64,000 nt of DNA from Kiritimatiellia bacterium (GTDB taxonomy: Bacteria > Verrucomicrobiota > Kiritimatiellia > RFP12 > JBMNHG01). The notes beneath the pieces were generated by a model that saw nothing but the letters and a program-made list of their open reading frames with translations, made no database searches and was not told the DNA's origin. Below, piece after piece: positions 9,707 to 20,116 of this stretch. The stretch spans positions 616,337 through 680,336 of the forward strand of contig JBMNHG010000003.1 in the NCBI GenBank assembly GCA_050950285.1, written 5' to 3'. Position numbers and translations under genes: made by a program. Within the stretch, counting starts at the first letter, position 1, and each line of letters opens with the position of its first letter.

Positions 9707-10599
9707 GGCTCCGGCTCCTTCCCCGGCGCCTTCACGTCTTCGAGCGCCTTCGCGAAGGCGGCGGCCGTGGCGCGGAGGTTCTCCTCCCAGTCGCCGGAAA
9801 GCGGGTCCGCCATTTCGACCGTCCCGCCCAGCTGGCGGGCGACCGCTTCGGCGGCGCGGCGGCTGGAGTGCGGTTCGGAAAAGACGGTCTTCACGCCGCA
9901 CGCGCGCGCCTCTTCGACCAGCGCGACGAGGCGGCGCATGGAGGCCTCGCGCCCGTCCTCCTCGATCGCCAGCAGCCGTATGCCGTACCGCGCGGCGAAG
10001 CGCGCCCAGGCGGGATGGCGCACGAGCAGCGGCTTCCCGGCGTGCGGGGCGAAGAGCTCCGCGAACCCGGCATCCATCCGCCCGAGACGGTCCGACAAGT
10101 CCGAAAAAGCGGCGCGCCGTTTTTCCGCGCCGTCCGGATCGACGGCGTCCAGCGCGGCCGCGGCGCGTTCCGCCATGCCGCGCATCCCGTCCGGCGTCAG
10201 CCAGAGGTGCGGGTCGGTGGCGTCGCCCGCTCCGGCGGCGCCGCCGCCTTCCGAGAGGTCGAAGAAAAAGGGGGTGCGGGGCGGCACGATCTTGCGCACG
10301 TGGGTTTCGAAGGGAAGCCCCATGAGCAGGTAGGCGGAGGCTTCCGACAGCGCGGCGGTCTGGCGGGGGGAAGGCTCGAAGACGTGGGGATCGCGGCCGT
10401 CGGGCAGCAGCACCTCCACGTCGACACGGCCGCAGGAGAGCTCGCGCACGAGCCACGCCTGCGGCGGGATGCTCACGTAGACGCAAGGGCGGCCCGGCGG
10501 CGCGCCGTCCGACGCGCCCGCCTCCCGCGCGCAGCCGCAGGGCAGGACGATGCAGGAGAGCGCCAGCACCGGCGCAACCATTCCACGAAAGAGGACCAT
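9703..10599 (-). CDS. znuA: Zn/Mn ABC transporter substrate-binding lipoprotein (ZnuA-like)
   Basis: VSIPPQ, DPHVFEPSP, DPHLWL, HPAW; start placed at 10599 because TATGAT lies 7 nt upstream. Confidence 0.85.
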   Translation of the reverse strand: MVLFRGMVAPVLALSCIVLPCGCAREAGASDGAPPGRPCVYVSIPPQAWLVRELSCGRVDVEVLLPDGRDPHVFEPSPRQTAALSEASAYLLMGLPFETHVRKIVPPRTPFFFDLSEGGGAAGAGDATDPHLWLTPDGMRGMAERAAAALDAVDPDGAEKRRAAFSDLSDRLGRMDAGFAELFAPHAGKPLLVRHPAWARFAARYGIRLLAIEEDGREASMRRLVALVEEARACGVKTVFSEPHSSRRAAEAVARQLGGTVEMADPLSGDWEENLRATAAAFAKALEDVKAPGKEPEP

Positions 10600-10756
10600 G
10601 CCACGCATCATACCACACCCTCCGCCCGCTACGGCGATTTCTTTCGCCCGTCCCGTTCGACCCCCATCGAGATTCCTTTGCGTTCTCCGGCAAACCTGCT
10701 ATCGTTGGCACAGTACCAAAGCCAAGCCAAGCCAAGCCATCCCGTACCCCAACGCC

Positions 10757-12781
10757 ATGCAGACACTCCACCTCGCCAACTGCCGCTTCGAACTTCTCGA
10801 TGATGCCGACGGCCGTTTCCTTGGCCTCGGACGCATCTGGATCGGGGACACGCCCGTCCGCTCGGGACGGCTCCCGCTCCTCTGCCGTTCGCAGTCCTTC
10901 ACCGGGCTCGAACTCTCCGGATTCCGCCTGCTGGGCGTGGACTGCGAAGCGGATCTCCTCCGCATCCGCCTCGAGGAACGCTTCCGCCCGCTCCCCGTGA
11001 AACTCCTCCGCGACCACTCGTTCGACCCCATCCACGACCTTTCCGACTGGGACGATCCCGCCTCGCCGGTCGCCACCGGCCGCATGGATCTCGTCATCCG
11101 CCCCGCCCGCGATTCCTTCAACGGGCTCGATTTCGCCGGCTTCTCCTACTCGTGGGAGCACGCCTCGGACGTGCCGCTCTTCCACCTTTTCGAGAAGGCG
11201 AGCTGGGAACTCGACGGCGACATCGCGGGCGCCACCGTCGTCTCGCAGTCCTCCTGCTCCGACCCCGTCGCCGTCTTCGGGCCCGACACCGCCTGGAGCA
11301 CCGAAGGCGTGATGCACTGGGACATGGACTGCTGCAATCCGTGCATGACCCACAACCTCCCGCGCTGGGCCTCCCACCAGGCCTTCGACTTCCAGCACAA
11401 GGGCTCCCGCGTGCTCCTCGGCGTGTACGACCACGTGGCCCTCATCCGCACGACGCTCCGGCGCGATCCCGGCAAGCCGGAACTCAAGACCTTCGACAAG
11501 CACATCTTCGACCAGTCCACCCGCCATGCCACCCCGCCCAAGGCCATCCTCCTGCGCGACGGCATCTCCGGCGGCACCGCGATGCGCAACGCATGGACGT
11601 GGATCTTCGACACCGTCCACGACCGCGCCCGCGCCGAGTTCGGCCTCGCGGAAGTGCCCACCATCCCGCGCCTCTCGTGGAACTATTGGCAGCACTTCAC
11701 CATCGACACCTACTACCGCGACCTCCTCCCCGCCGCGATTTCGCTCGGCTTCAAGGAGCTCTTCATCGACAACCTGAACAAGTCGGACATGACCGAGTGC
11801 ACGGGCCTCCCCACCGGCGGCAACATGTGCTGCGGCCACGAGTACGAAATCTCGCCGCGGCTCGGCGGATACACGGCCCTCAAAGCCTTCACCGACGAGT
11901 GCAGGCGCCACGGCATCCGCCCCTATTCCTGGACGAACAACGACCAGTCGCGCCTCTCCCCCATCATGGCGGCGCGCCGCGAGGAGGATCCGCGCGGCGG
12001 CGCCGGCGATTCCTGGATCGTGCGCATGGAGGATACCCGCATCCGCTATGGCGGCGCCTACACCGACTGCTTCGCCATCCTCGACTTCAAACGCGAAGGG
12101 CCGCGCCGCTACTGGGTGGATTGCCTCAAGCGCAACAAGGACCTCGGCGGACTCGACGGCTACCTCTTCGACAGCTTCTACAACCTCGGCTTCATGCCCG
12201 TGAACTACCAGGAAGCCCGCTGCACCACCCAGTGGCGCGAACTGCTCGGCGCCTTCAAGGAACTGCAGGACTACGGCATCGACTTCCTCATCGAGTCCTT
12301 CGGGCCCTTCGGGCAACCCCAGCACGGATGCCCGCGCTCGTACTCCATCGACAACGCATGGGTCGTCTACAAAATCGGCTTCGGCAACGACTACACCACC
12401 ATCCCCTCCGGAAAGACCTTCGAAGACCCGCGCGCCAACGATGCCGCCGCCCTCTACTACGCCCTCGCCCACAAGGTGGCGGTGGTGTTCAGCCTCTTCA
12501 AGGACGGAAAGCGCCTCGACGAACTCTGGGGCGACGCCCACCGCCGCGCCCTCGCGGACTACCACGCGGTGCGCACGGACCTCTCGCTCCGGACCCTGCA
12601 GGAGGACGGTTTGTCGGTCTTCTGGGCCTCCGCCGACCGCCAGACCACCACCGTCTTCTCGTTCGCGGACCAGACCCTTCCGTTCGAAGGCGCCGTCACG
12701 GACGTGACCACCGGCGCGCCGCTTCCCAAGGCCGCCTCCTACGCCCTCGAGGCCTACCACACCTACCAGATCCGGGCCTGA
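10757..12781 (+). CDS. Hypothetical protein, probable glycoside-hydrolase-like (beta-sandwich plus TIM barrel)
   Basis: 674 aa, host codon usage; pattern WNYW...LGFKELFID...CRRHGIRPYSW...DGYLFDSFYNLG...FLIES resembles GH TIM barrels; family not identified. Confidence 0.5.
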   Translation: MQTLHLANCRFELLDDADGRFLGLGRIWIGDTPVRSGRLPLLCRSQSFTGLELSGFRLLGVDCEADLLRIRLEERFRPLPVKLLRDHSFDPIHDLSDWDDPASPVATGRMDLVIRPARDSFNGLDFAGFSYSWEHASDVPLFHLFEKASWELDGDIAGATVVSQSSCSDPVAVFGPDTAWSTEGVMHWDMDCCNPCMTHNLPRWASHQAFDFQHKGSRVLLGVYDHVALIRTTLRRDPGKPELKTFDKHIFDQSTRHATPPKAILLRDGISGGTAMRNAWTWIFDTVHDRARAEFGLAEVPTIPRLSWNYWQHFTIDTYYRDLLPAAISLGFKELFIDNLNKSDMTECTGLPTGGNMCCGHEYEISPRLGGYTALKAFTDECRRHGIRPYSWTNNDQSRLSPIMAARREEDPRGGAGDSWIVRMEDTRIRYGGAYTDCFAILDFKREGPRRYWVDCLKRNKDLGGLDGYLFDSFYNLGFMPVNYQEARCTTQWRELLGAFKELQDYGIDFLIESFGPFGQPQHGCPRSYSIDNAWVVYKIGFGNDYTTIPSGKTFEDPRANDAAALYYALAHKVAVVFSLFKDGKRLDELWGDAHRRALADYHAVRTDLSLRTLQEDGLSVFWASADRQTTTVFSFADQTLPFEGAVTDVTTGAPLPKAASYALEAYHTYQIRA

Positions 12782-12797
12782 CCCGGAGGAGTCCCCC

Positions 12798-14240
12798 ATG
12801 CCCACGCCGCTGCCGCCCTCCGACTACGGACGAATCCTGGACGCCTGCTTCCCGCCGGCGGAGTGGATCCACGAACCCACGGCGGCCTACGCGATCGGCC
12901 CCCGCTGGAGCGAACGCCACCTCCAGTGCGTCTGGTTCGACGCCCGCATCCGCCCCCCGCGCCTCCTCACCGCCGACCGGGAGGAGGTGGAGGTGGTCGA
13001 CCCCGGCCGATGGAACCTCGAGGCCGGCCCGGACTTCCTCGACGCCGTGCTCCGCATCGGCGACGGGAAGCGGCTCGTATGCGGCGACGTCGAAGTCCAC
13101 GTGCGCCCGTCGGACTGGAGCGCCCACGGACACTCCTCCGACCCGCGATACGCGAACGTGATCGCCCACGTGACCTACCACGCCCCCGACTGCGGCGCCG
13201 CCCGCGGCGACCTCCCTGCGGGTTGCCTCCAGATCGGCCTGCGGGCGCCCCTCGCGGAACTCCCCGGCTTCTCGTTCGACGACATCGACCTCGCCGCCTA
13301 CCCCTTCGCCGTGCAGCCCGCCACGCCGCGCCCCTGCGCCAGCGCGCTTTCGGGCGACCCCGGCCGCGCCACCGCCCTGCTCGCCGCCGCGGGACGCCAC
13401 CGCTTCGCGCGGAAATGCGACCGCATGCGCGCCCTGCTCGCACGCTCCGACAGCCCGGAGCAGGTCTTCTACGCGGAGTTCCTCGCGGCCCTCGGCTACA
13501 AGCGCAACGCCGCGGCGGGCCGCGCCCTCGCCGCCATCCTCCCCCTCTCCGCCTGGCGCGCCGGCGACACGCCCGAAAGGGCCTACGCCCGCCTGCTCGG
13601 CGCGGCCGGCCTCCTGCCCCCCGCGGACGAAGGCCGCGACGACGACGCCCGCGACTTCCTCCGCTCGCTCTGGGACACGTGGTGGCACGACCCCGTCGAT
13701 TCCCCCGGCGCCCCGCCCGCCTGGGCGCTCGACGCCACCCGCCCCGTGAACCATCCCGCCCGCCGCCTCGCCGCCGCCGCCGTGCTCTTCACCGCCGACC
13801 CCCGTCCCGCCGACCGCTTCGCCGCCCTCGCCGCGACGGACCCCGCCGCCTTCCCCGAACGCGCCATCTCCCTGCTTGCCGGCCTCTCCATGGACTACTG
13901 GACGCGCCACGCCTCCCTCGCCGGCGCCGCCTGCCGCCGCACCGGCGGAGCGCTCGTCGGCCGCAATCGCGCCGCCGCGATCGTCAACAACCTGCTCCTC
14001 CCCTTCCTCGTCGCCACAGGCGTCCTCGCCGACACCCCTTCGAAACTGCCCGCCGAAGACCTCAACGCACCCATGCGGACCGCCGCGAACCACCTCCTCG
14101 GACGCGACCACAACCCCGCGCTCTACCGTCGCGACGGCCTCCTCCAGCAAGGCCTCCTCCAGATCCACACCGACTTCTGCCTCCGCGCCCGATGCGGATG
14201 CGAGAATTGCGAACTCCCCCGCTGGTTGAAATCCTGGTAG
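12798..14240 (+). CDS. DUF2851 family protein
   Basis: ERHLQCVW, PGRWNLEAGPDF, GDVEVH, WSAHGH.DP.Y.NV.AHV, GYKRN, QQGLLQIH, C-terminal CxxC. Confidence 0.85.
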   Translation: MPTPLPPSDYGRILDACFPPAEWIHEPTAAYAIGPRWSERHLQCVWFDARIRPPRLLTADREEVEVVDPGRWNLEAGPDFLDAVLRIGDGKRLVCGDVEVHVRPSDWSAHGHSSDPRYANVIAHVTYHAPDCGAARGDLPAGCLQIGLRAPLAELPGFSFDDIDLAAYPFAVQPATPRPCASALSGDPGRATALLAAAGRHRFARKCDRMRALLARSDSPEQVFYAEFLAALGYKRNAAAGRALAAILPLSAWRAGDTPERAYARLLGAAGLLPPADEGRDDDARDFLRSLWDTWWHDPVDSPGAPPAWALDATRPVNHPARRLAAAAVLFTADPRPADRFAALAATDPAAFPERAISLLAGLSMDYWTRHASLAGAACRRTGGALVGRNRAAAIVNNLLLPFLVATGVLADTPSKLPAEDLNAPMRTAANHLLGRDHNPALYRRDGLLQQGLLQIHTDFCLRARCGCENCELPRWLKSW

Positions 14241-14274
14241 GCATCGAACGCCTCCCCCACATCCGGGAACCCCC

Positions 14275-17200
14275 ATGAAACCCCCTCCCCACGACGCACC
14301 CGCGGCGCGCCGCTTTTTCCTCGCCGCCCTCCTCGCGCTCGCCTGCGCCGCCCAGGCCCAGTTCGACCTGCTCGACGGGGAAACGGACGACCTCTCCGAC
14401 ATCCTCTCCGCCATGGGCGACCCCCTCGCGTCCGCCTCGCTCGATCCGCTCGCCCGGGAAGAGGAAGAGCCGCCCGAGATCTATTGGCCCGCCGCCAACG
14501 CCCTCGCCGAGCGTTCCGCCCCTCCCGCCGCCCCCTTCCCCGGCGAACGGACGGAGGAGGTCCACGCCGTCCCGCTCCTCTGGCCCCAGCGCGGCCGCAC
14601 CGTCTTCGCCGCCGCCGAGTCGCCCGTCTTCCACCTGCTCGTGCCGCGCGACACCCCCGCCGGCGACGCGACACTCTTCTTCGACGGCCGCGAAATCGGC
14701 CGGCTGCCCCTCCCGGCCGTCGCCGGGCGCGCCTGGGACTCCCGCGCCTTCACGCTCGACCTCGCCGACTTCCCCCCCGGCCTGCACACCCTCTCCTTCC
14801 AGCTCGAACACCCCACGCCCGCCGCCGGAGATGTTCTCCCCCTCTCCATCGAAATCGTCCGCCTTCCCCCCGTCGACCCCTTCCTCCTCCAGACGATGAG
14901 CTGCTGCACGGGGCTCTGGCCTTCGGATGACGAAGGGCTCGCCCGCCTCCGCGCCGCAGGCCTCGGAATGCTCGCCGCCACCGGCCACAACAGCCAAATC
15001 CCCGCCGACCTCCCCCGCTATCCCCGGGACTCCGCCGCGACACCCGCCGAAGCCGGCATCGTCCGCCCCGCCGGCGACCTCCTCCTCGAACGCGCCCTGC
15101 GCCACGGCCTGCGCATCGTGGACCTCACCGTGGCGCGCGGCAAGAACTTCTACAACGAGGGCCTCGCCTTCCACCACAGCGCCCCCGTCTCGATGGAACG
15201 CATGCTCCGGCGCCTTTCCATCTTCGCGACCCACTCCGCCGACTTCCCCTCCTTCTTCGGTGTGAACTACGGATGGTTCCCGAAACTCGGCGGCTACGTC
15301 GAAGGAGGCATCCCCACCGACGACCACGTGCGCCTCCGCAACGAAGCCCTCGCCGACCGCATCGCCCGGGACGGCATCGTCGCCCCCACCCCCGGGGAAA
15401 TCGCCTGGTACGAAGCCTGGAAACGCGATCCCGGCGGCACGCGCGACGCCACTCGCGCAGACGACGCCGACGACGGCGCGCCGCCCCGCGACCCCGCCGC
15501 CGACCGCGCCAGGGCCCTCGACATCCTCCGCCGCCGCGTCGACACCTGGCGCGCCGCCCAGGCCCGCGGCTTCGGCGACACCCACGAACGCGTCAACGAA
15601 GCCGTCCGCCGCGTCCGCCCCGACCTCGCCTGCCTGCTCTTCGACAACGCCGGCCACGACGGCGACAATCGCGCCCGCTCGCAGTTCCACGACCTCGACG
15701 CCGTCTGCTACGAAAGCTACACCGACTACGGCGAATGGCCCTTCTCCGCCTCGTTCTCCACCGACTGGGCGCGCGGCACCTCGCCCGGCCAGCCCGTGTG
15801 GCTCACCTCCGACTGGGGCACCACCGACGAAGGCCAGGCGAAAAGCCTCTTCCACGCCCTCTTCCGAGGCCTCCAGGGCGGCGGCTGCCCGATGCAGGAG
15901 GATCTCCCCGCCGCGAGCTTCGCCGCCCGCGCCCGCGTCCTCCGCGCCCTGCGCCAGCTCGGCCCCGTCGCCCGCTTCACGCGCCCCGACGGGCGCATCG
16001 CCCTGCTCGCCGACCCTTCGAGCCGCGCCTGCAACGGCCGCAGCTACTACGACCTCCACGCCCTCTATGTGCCGCTCACGCGCCTCGGCTTCCCGCCCGT
16101 CGTGCTCGATGGCGAGGACGTCGCGGAGCACGGCGTGCCCGCCGGAATCGAGGCGCTCTTCATCGTGCGCCAGCTCGACCCCCTCCTCCCCGAAGTCGAA
16201 GCCGCCCTCGACGCCTTCTCCGCTCGCGGCGGCAGGCTCTACGCCACCGGCGACTCCGCCTTCCGCCCGGCCTCCGCCGTCGAAGTCGGCGGAACCGTCT
16301 CCAACATCTGGACCATGGCCGGCTTCCAGCCCCAGGCCCACCGCGACCTCTGGGCCGATTTCCCGCGGGTCCGCGGGCCGCTCGGGGAACGGCTCGCCGC
16401 GGACGGCTTCGTCCCGCGCGCCGCGACCGACCCGGAACGCGCCTTCGCCGTGACCATGGACGCCCCGGGCGGCGTGCGCTACGTGCTCGTGGCCTCGGAC
16501 GTCCAAGACACCGTCTACGGCGAAACACGGCCCGTGGAGAAGCTGGAGGTCGACCTCGAAGGCACCTGGGCGTCCGTGCGCGACCTCTCCCGCCAGCAGG
16601 ACGTCGCCGCGGAACGCGCCGGCGGGCGCACGCGCATCGTGCTCGACCTCGTGGACGAGCCCCTCGCCGTGCTCGCCCTCTGTCCCGCTCCGCCCGCGCA
16701 GGTCGATCTCGCGCGCGACGGCGAAGGCTTCGGCTCCCGCTTCGCCGCCGCCGTGCGCGACGCCCGGGGCCGGGACCTCGGCCCCGTCCCCCTGTCGGTC
16801 GAACTGCTCGACGGCGCCGGCAACGCCATCGAACATCGCTTCCTCGCCGCCGGCGACGTCTTCGACGCCGTCCGCCCGCGGCTCGCCGCCGACGGCGATT
16901 GGACGCTTCGCGTGCAGGAACTCCTCGCCGGACACCGGGCCACCCTCGCGCTCCCCGAACCCGGGGGCGCCGACGCCGTCCGCCGCCTCTATGCGCCCGT
17001 CCCCGTCGTCCACGTCCCCGACCCGCGCTCCCTGCGCGAATTCTTCCGCGCCGACGGGGAGAAGGTCGTTCTCGTCGAGCCGAACCAAACCGGCCTCCTG
17101 CCGCTCGCCGAAGAACTCGCCGCCGCGCTCCGCGACGCGGGCGTCGAAGCGCGCGTGTGGCAGCCCGACGCCCGGGACTTCGCCCCCCTGCCTCTCCGCT

Positions 17201-19932
17201 GGCGCCCCCGCGAAGCCGAACTCGCCCTCCTCGAAGACGTCGCCGGGGGACGGCGTATCGCCATGCGCGTGGACAAGACACCCTTCATCGACCCACGCAT
17301 CCAGGCGCACGTCCCCGAAAAGGGCGGCTACGGCGAAATCGATCCCCCCTGGCGCATCGGCCGCCACGTGATCCTCTTCTCCGGCGGCGTCCTCGCCGAC
17401 AGCCTCCGCGCCGCCACCCCGTGGATGCCCACCGCCAACACGCCCGGCTCCGGCCACGGCCGCCTCCTCGCCTGCTTCCACCCCTTCGACGGCGGGTACC
17501 ACGCCGCCGTCGTCGCCGCCAACGACGCCACCGGCCTCGCCGCCGCCGCCCGGGAACTCGGCGCCTTCGCGGCAACGGCCGCCGCCGCCCGCGAAACGGC
17601 CGCCCCGCCCGCCCCGTCCCGTCCCCCGTCGACCCCCGCCGCCGTCTCCCGCGACACCGCGCCGGTCGAGACCCCCCTCGCGGGACTCAAGGTCTACCGC
17701 CGCGTAAAAGACCTTGTCCCGCTCGCAAACGGCGGCGCGGCCGTCTGGCTCGACGGCCGGAACGACACCGTCGTCGTGCTCGACGCGGCGGGAGAGGCCG
17801 TCGCCTCGTTCCGCCTCGACGCCCATCGCCTGACCGCCGACCGCACGGGCCGCCTCTGGGCCATCCGGGGCGCCGGCAAGGGCCTCTACGGGCCCGCCGG
17901 ACTCGTCGCCCTCGACGAAAACGGCACGCCGCTTTTCCGCCTTCCCGCGGAGACGGGCGACACCGCCGGCGGCCGCATCCCGCCCGTCCACTCCCCATTC
18001 CCGTACCTCCAGATCGCCGACTCGGGCGATCGCATGGTCTTCGGACGCGCCGGCGCGATCGTCGTGGGCGACCTCCCGCCCGATGGCGCAGCCGCCGACG
18101 CCCGGTGGACGTGGATCGACGACCTTCCCTTCATCCGTTCGCGCTGCGAAGCCTGGGCGCCCCGCACCCCGCTGGGCGTTTCGCTTTCGCCCGGCGGACG
18201 CTTCGCCCTCTTCTCGATGGCGAACATGCCCACGGGCTGCACCAGCATGTCGGGGGACGACTTCGATCCCGCCGCGAACGAGACGCTGCTGCTCGATACC
18301 GCCACCGGCGAGCGGGTCTGGGCCTTCCGCCTCCCCGCCGCATCCGAGGCCGAACTCGGCCGCGGCGCCTGCTCGCGGCGCTCGTCGAAGGCCGGCATGG
18401 CCTATTCCGATTTCTCCGCCGTCTCCCGCGACGGATCGCTCTCCGCCTTCGCGGACTACCTCGGGAACCTCTTCCTCGTGGACGGCGCGGGGGCCATCGT
18501 CCTGCGGCATGCCGCGAATCCCGTCGCCGTGCGCGACCGCCCCGGCTACACCACCGGCGCACCCGGCGGCGTGGGCGTGTGGATGGATCCGGACGGCACG
18601 CTGGCCCTCTTCGGCTTCGAAGACCGCGTCTGGCTCGCAACCCGCGACGGCGCGCTCCACGACGCGCCCGTCGCCCGACTCTCCGATGGCTGCGTCGCCG
18701 CGGACGGCACGGCCGTCGCCGCGCAGGACGACGGCCTCCTCCTCGCCTTCGACGCCTCGGGCGCCGAACGCTGGCGCACGGAATCCGGCGGCCTCGGGCC
18801 CGTCGTGCGCGCGGCGCGGGACGGCCGCCTCCTCGTTGCCACCCATTCCGGCGAAACCCTCGCGCTCGATCCCGCAAACGGCGAAATCCTCTGGCGCACC
18901 GACGCCGCCGCGATCGCGGATGCCGCACTCCACCCCGTGGCCCTCCCCGACGGCCTCCCCGCCTTCGCTCCGGCTCCGCTCTATCGCGACCCCGGCACCC
19001 TCGAAACCGCGAAACGCCTCCTCGACGCCACCCTGAAGGCCGAATGGACCGCCCCCGCCGGGGCCATTGCACACGATCGCTTCGGCCGCCTCTTCCACCG
19101 CGTCGAAGGCCCCGTCGAACTCGCGCTGCCCGACACCGGGGCCGAAGCGTTCGCCCACCTCGTCTACCGCCTGCCGGAAAACGGCGCGCCGCTTTCCGTC
19201 GAAGTCTCCGCAGGCGGCGCCGTGGAACGCTTCAGCCTCGATCTCCCCACCCCCGAGTTCCGCATCCTCGATCTCCCGGTGCGCGCAGGGGCCGCCACGG
19301 TGACCCTCTCCGCCGACGCCCCCTTCGAACTCGCCGGATACTCCCTCTGGACCTTCGACTGGCCGGGCGACAACCTGGCCTACGTGGAGGCCGGCGGCAT
19401 GGCGGGGGGCGGGCTCGGCCTCGAGGAGGACGACCTGCTCGGAGAACTCGACGACGAACTCTTCGCCGACGAAGACGCCTCCGCCGGCGCCATGAAGGAG
19501 TGCCGGATCTACACCTGGAACCCCGACCCCGACAAAGTGAAAGGCCCGTACCTCAACGCCGGCGCCAGCGCGATGCAGATCGTGGACGGCAGACGCTTCG
19601 GCGAAGGCGGCGGCGTGGCCCCCTGGAGCACCGCGTCCGACATCCTGGGACCGTGGTTCACCGTGGATTTCAAGCCGAAGGCCGCGCTTCGGCTCGTGGC
19701 GACCTACGAACGCGAACTCGTGCAAAGCCGGGTCTCGCGCCAGCTCGTCGTCTTCTCCGGATTCGATCCCGAAGACCGCGACAGCGGCACGCCGCTCGCG
19801 TCCGCCATCGAAAACGACCAGTTCTGGCGCCTCTTCCCCATCGCCGAAGACGCCGCCCCCGTCCTACGCCTCGGCGTCCACGTCCGAGGCGGCGCCGTCC
19901 ACGGGCTCAGCGAAATCGAAGCCTACCGCTGA
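14275..19932 (+). CDS. Large secreted multidomain protein (1885 aa) with a GH-like N-terminal half and PQQ/WD40-like beta-propeller repeats
   Basis: Signal peptide (RRFFLAALLALACAAQAQ); propeller-like LAFDASGAERW and ALDPANGEILW; strong C/G third-position bias in this frame. Confidence 0.7.
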   Translation: MKPPPHDAPAARRFFLAALLALACAAQAQFDLLDGETDDLSDILSAMGDPLASASLDPLAREEEEPPEIYWPAANALAERSAPPAAPFPGERTEEVHAVPLLWPQRGRTVFAAAESPVFHLLVPRDTPAGDATLFFDGREIGRLPLPAVAGRAWDSRAFTLDLADFPPGLHTLSFQLEHPTPAAGDVLPLSIEIVRLPPVDPFLLQTMSCCTGLWPSDDEGLARLRAAGLGMLAATGHNSQIPADLPRYPRDSAATPAEAGIVRPAGDLLLERALRHGLRIVDLTVARGKNFYNEGLAFHHSAPVSMERMLRRLSIFATHSADFPSFFGVNYGWFPKLGGYVEGGIPTDDHVRLRNEALADRIARDGIVAPTPGEIAWYEAWKRDPGGTRDATRADDADDGAPPRDPAADRARALDILRRRVDTWRAAQARGFGDTHERVNEAVRRVRPDLACLLFDNAGHDGDNRARSQFHDLDAVCYESYTDYGEWPFSASFSTDWARGTSPGQPVWLTSDWGTTDEGQAKSLFHALFRGLQGGGCPMQEDLPAASFAARARVLRALRQLGPVARFTRPDGRIALLADPSSRACNGRSYYDLHALYVPLTRLGFPPVVLDGEDVAEHGVPAGIEALFIVRQLDPLLPEVEAALDAFSARGGRLYATGDSAFRPASAVEVGGTVSNIWTMAGFQPQAHRDLWADFPRVRGPLGERLAADGFVPRAATDPERAFAVTMDAPGGVRYVLVASDVQDTVYGETRPVEKLEVDLEGTWASVRDLSRQQDVAAERAGGRTRIVLDLVDEPLAVLALCPAPPAQVDLARDGEGFGSRFAAAVRDARGRDLGPVPLSVELLDGAGNAIEHRFLAAGDVFDAVRPRLAADGDWTLRVQELLAGHRATLALPEPGGADAVRRLYAPVPVVHVPDPRSLREFFRADGEKVVLVEPNQTGLLPLAEELAAALRDAGVEARVWQPDARDFAPLPLRWRPREAELALLEDVAGGRRIAMRVDKTPFIDPRIQAHVPEKGGYGEIDPPWRIGRHVILFSGGVLADSLRAATPWMPTANTPGSGHGRLLACFHPFDGGYHAAVVAANDATGLAAAARELGAFAATAAAARETAAPPAPSRPPSTPAAVSRDTAPVETPLAGLKVYRRVKDLVPLANGGAAVWLDGRNDTVVVLDAAGEAVASFRLDAHRLTADRTGRLWAIRGAGKGLYGPAGLVALDENGTPLFRLPAETGDTAGGRIPPVHSPFPYLQIADSGDRMVFGRAGAIVVGDLPPDGAAADARWTWIDDLPFIRSRCEAWAPRTPLGVSLSPGGRFALFSMANMPTGCTSMSGDDFDPAANETLLLDTATGERVWAFRLPAASEAELGRGACSRRSSKAGMAYSDFSAVSRDGSLSAFADYLGNLFLVDGAGAIVLRHAANPVAVRDRPGYTTGAPGGVGVWMDPDGTLALFGFEDRVWLATRDGALHDAPVARLSDGCVAADGTAVAAQDDGLLLAFDASGAERWRTESGGLGPVVRAARDGRLLVATHSGETLALDPANGEILWRTDAAAIADAALHPVALPDGLPAFAPAPLYRDPGTLETAKRLLDATLKAEWTAPAGAIAHDRFGRLFHRVEGPVELALPDTGAEAFAHLVYRLPENGAPLSVEVSAGGAVERFSLDLPTPEFRILDLPVRAGAATVTLSADAPFELAGYSLWTFDWPGDNLAYVEAGGMAGGGLGLEEDDLLGELDDELFADEDASAGAMKECRIYTWNPDPDKVKGPYLNAGASAMQIVDGRRFGEGGGVAPWSTASDILGPWFTVDFKPKAALRLVATYERELVQSRVSRQLVVFSGFDPEDRDSGTPLASAIENDQFWRLFPIAEDAAPVLRLGVHVRGGAVHGLSEIEAYR

Positions 19933-20116
19933 CGCGCCAGCGCGGAGGACTCCCGAAGCCGCACCGCCGCCGGCTGCTCCGCGCGTGCATCCCCTCCTTC
20001 GACACCTCCATCGTCTTCCTTCCGGCGTCCTGAATGGCGAGGCGACACGGGCGTGTTCATGGACATCCGCCACGATGGTTCTTGCAAATCTGGAATCAAG
20101 CTCCATAATTGCACGC

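Noticed and set aside
9707..12805. 1302-aa ABC ATPase fusion
   Set aside because: Only the last 269 aa are the ATPase; the rest overlaps znuA and the antisense of 10757..12781.
14062..19725. 1887-aa minus-strand ORF and similar long ORFs (627..3404, 39000..42242, 15273..20033)
   Set aside because: These are shadow frames of real GC-rich genes, with no recognisable motifs.
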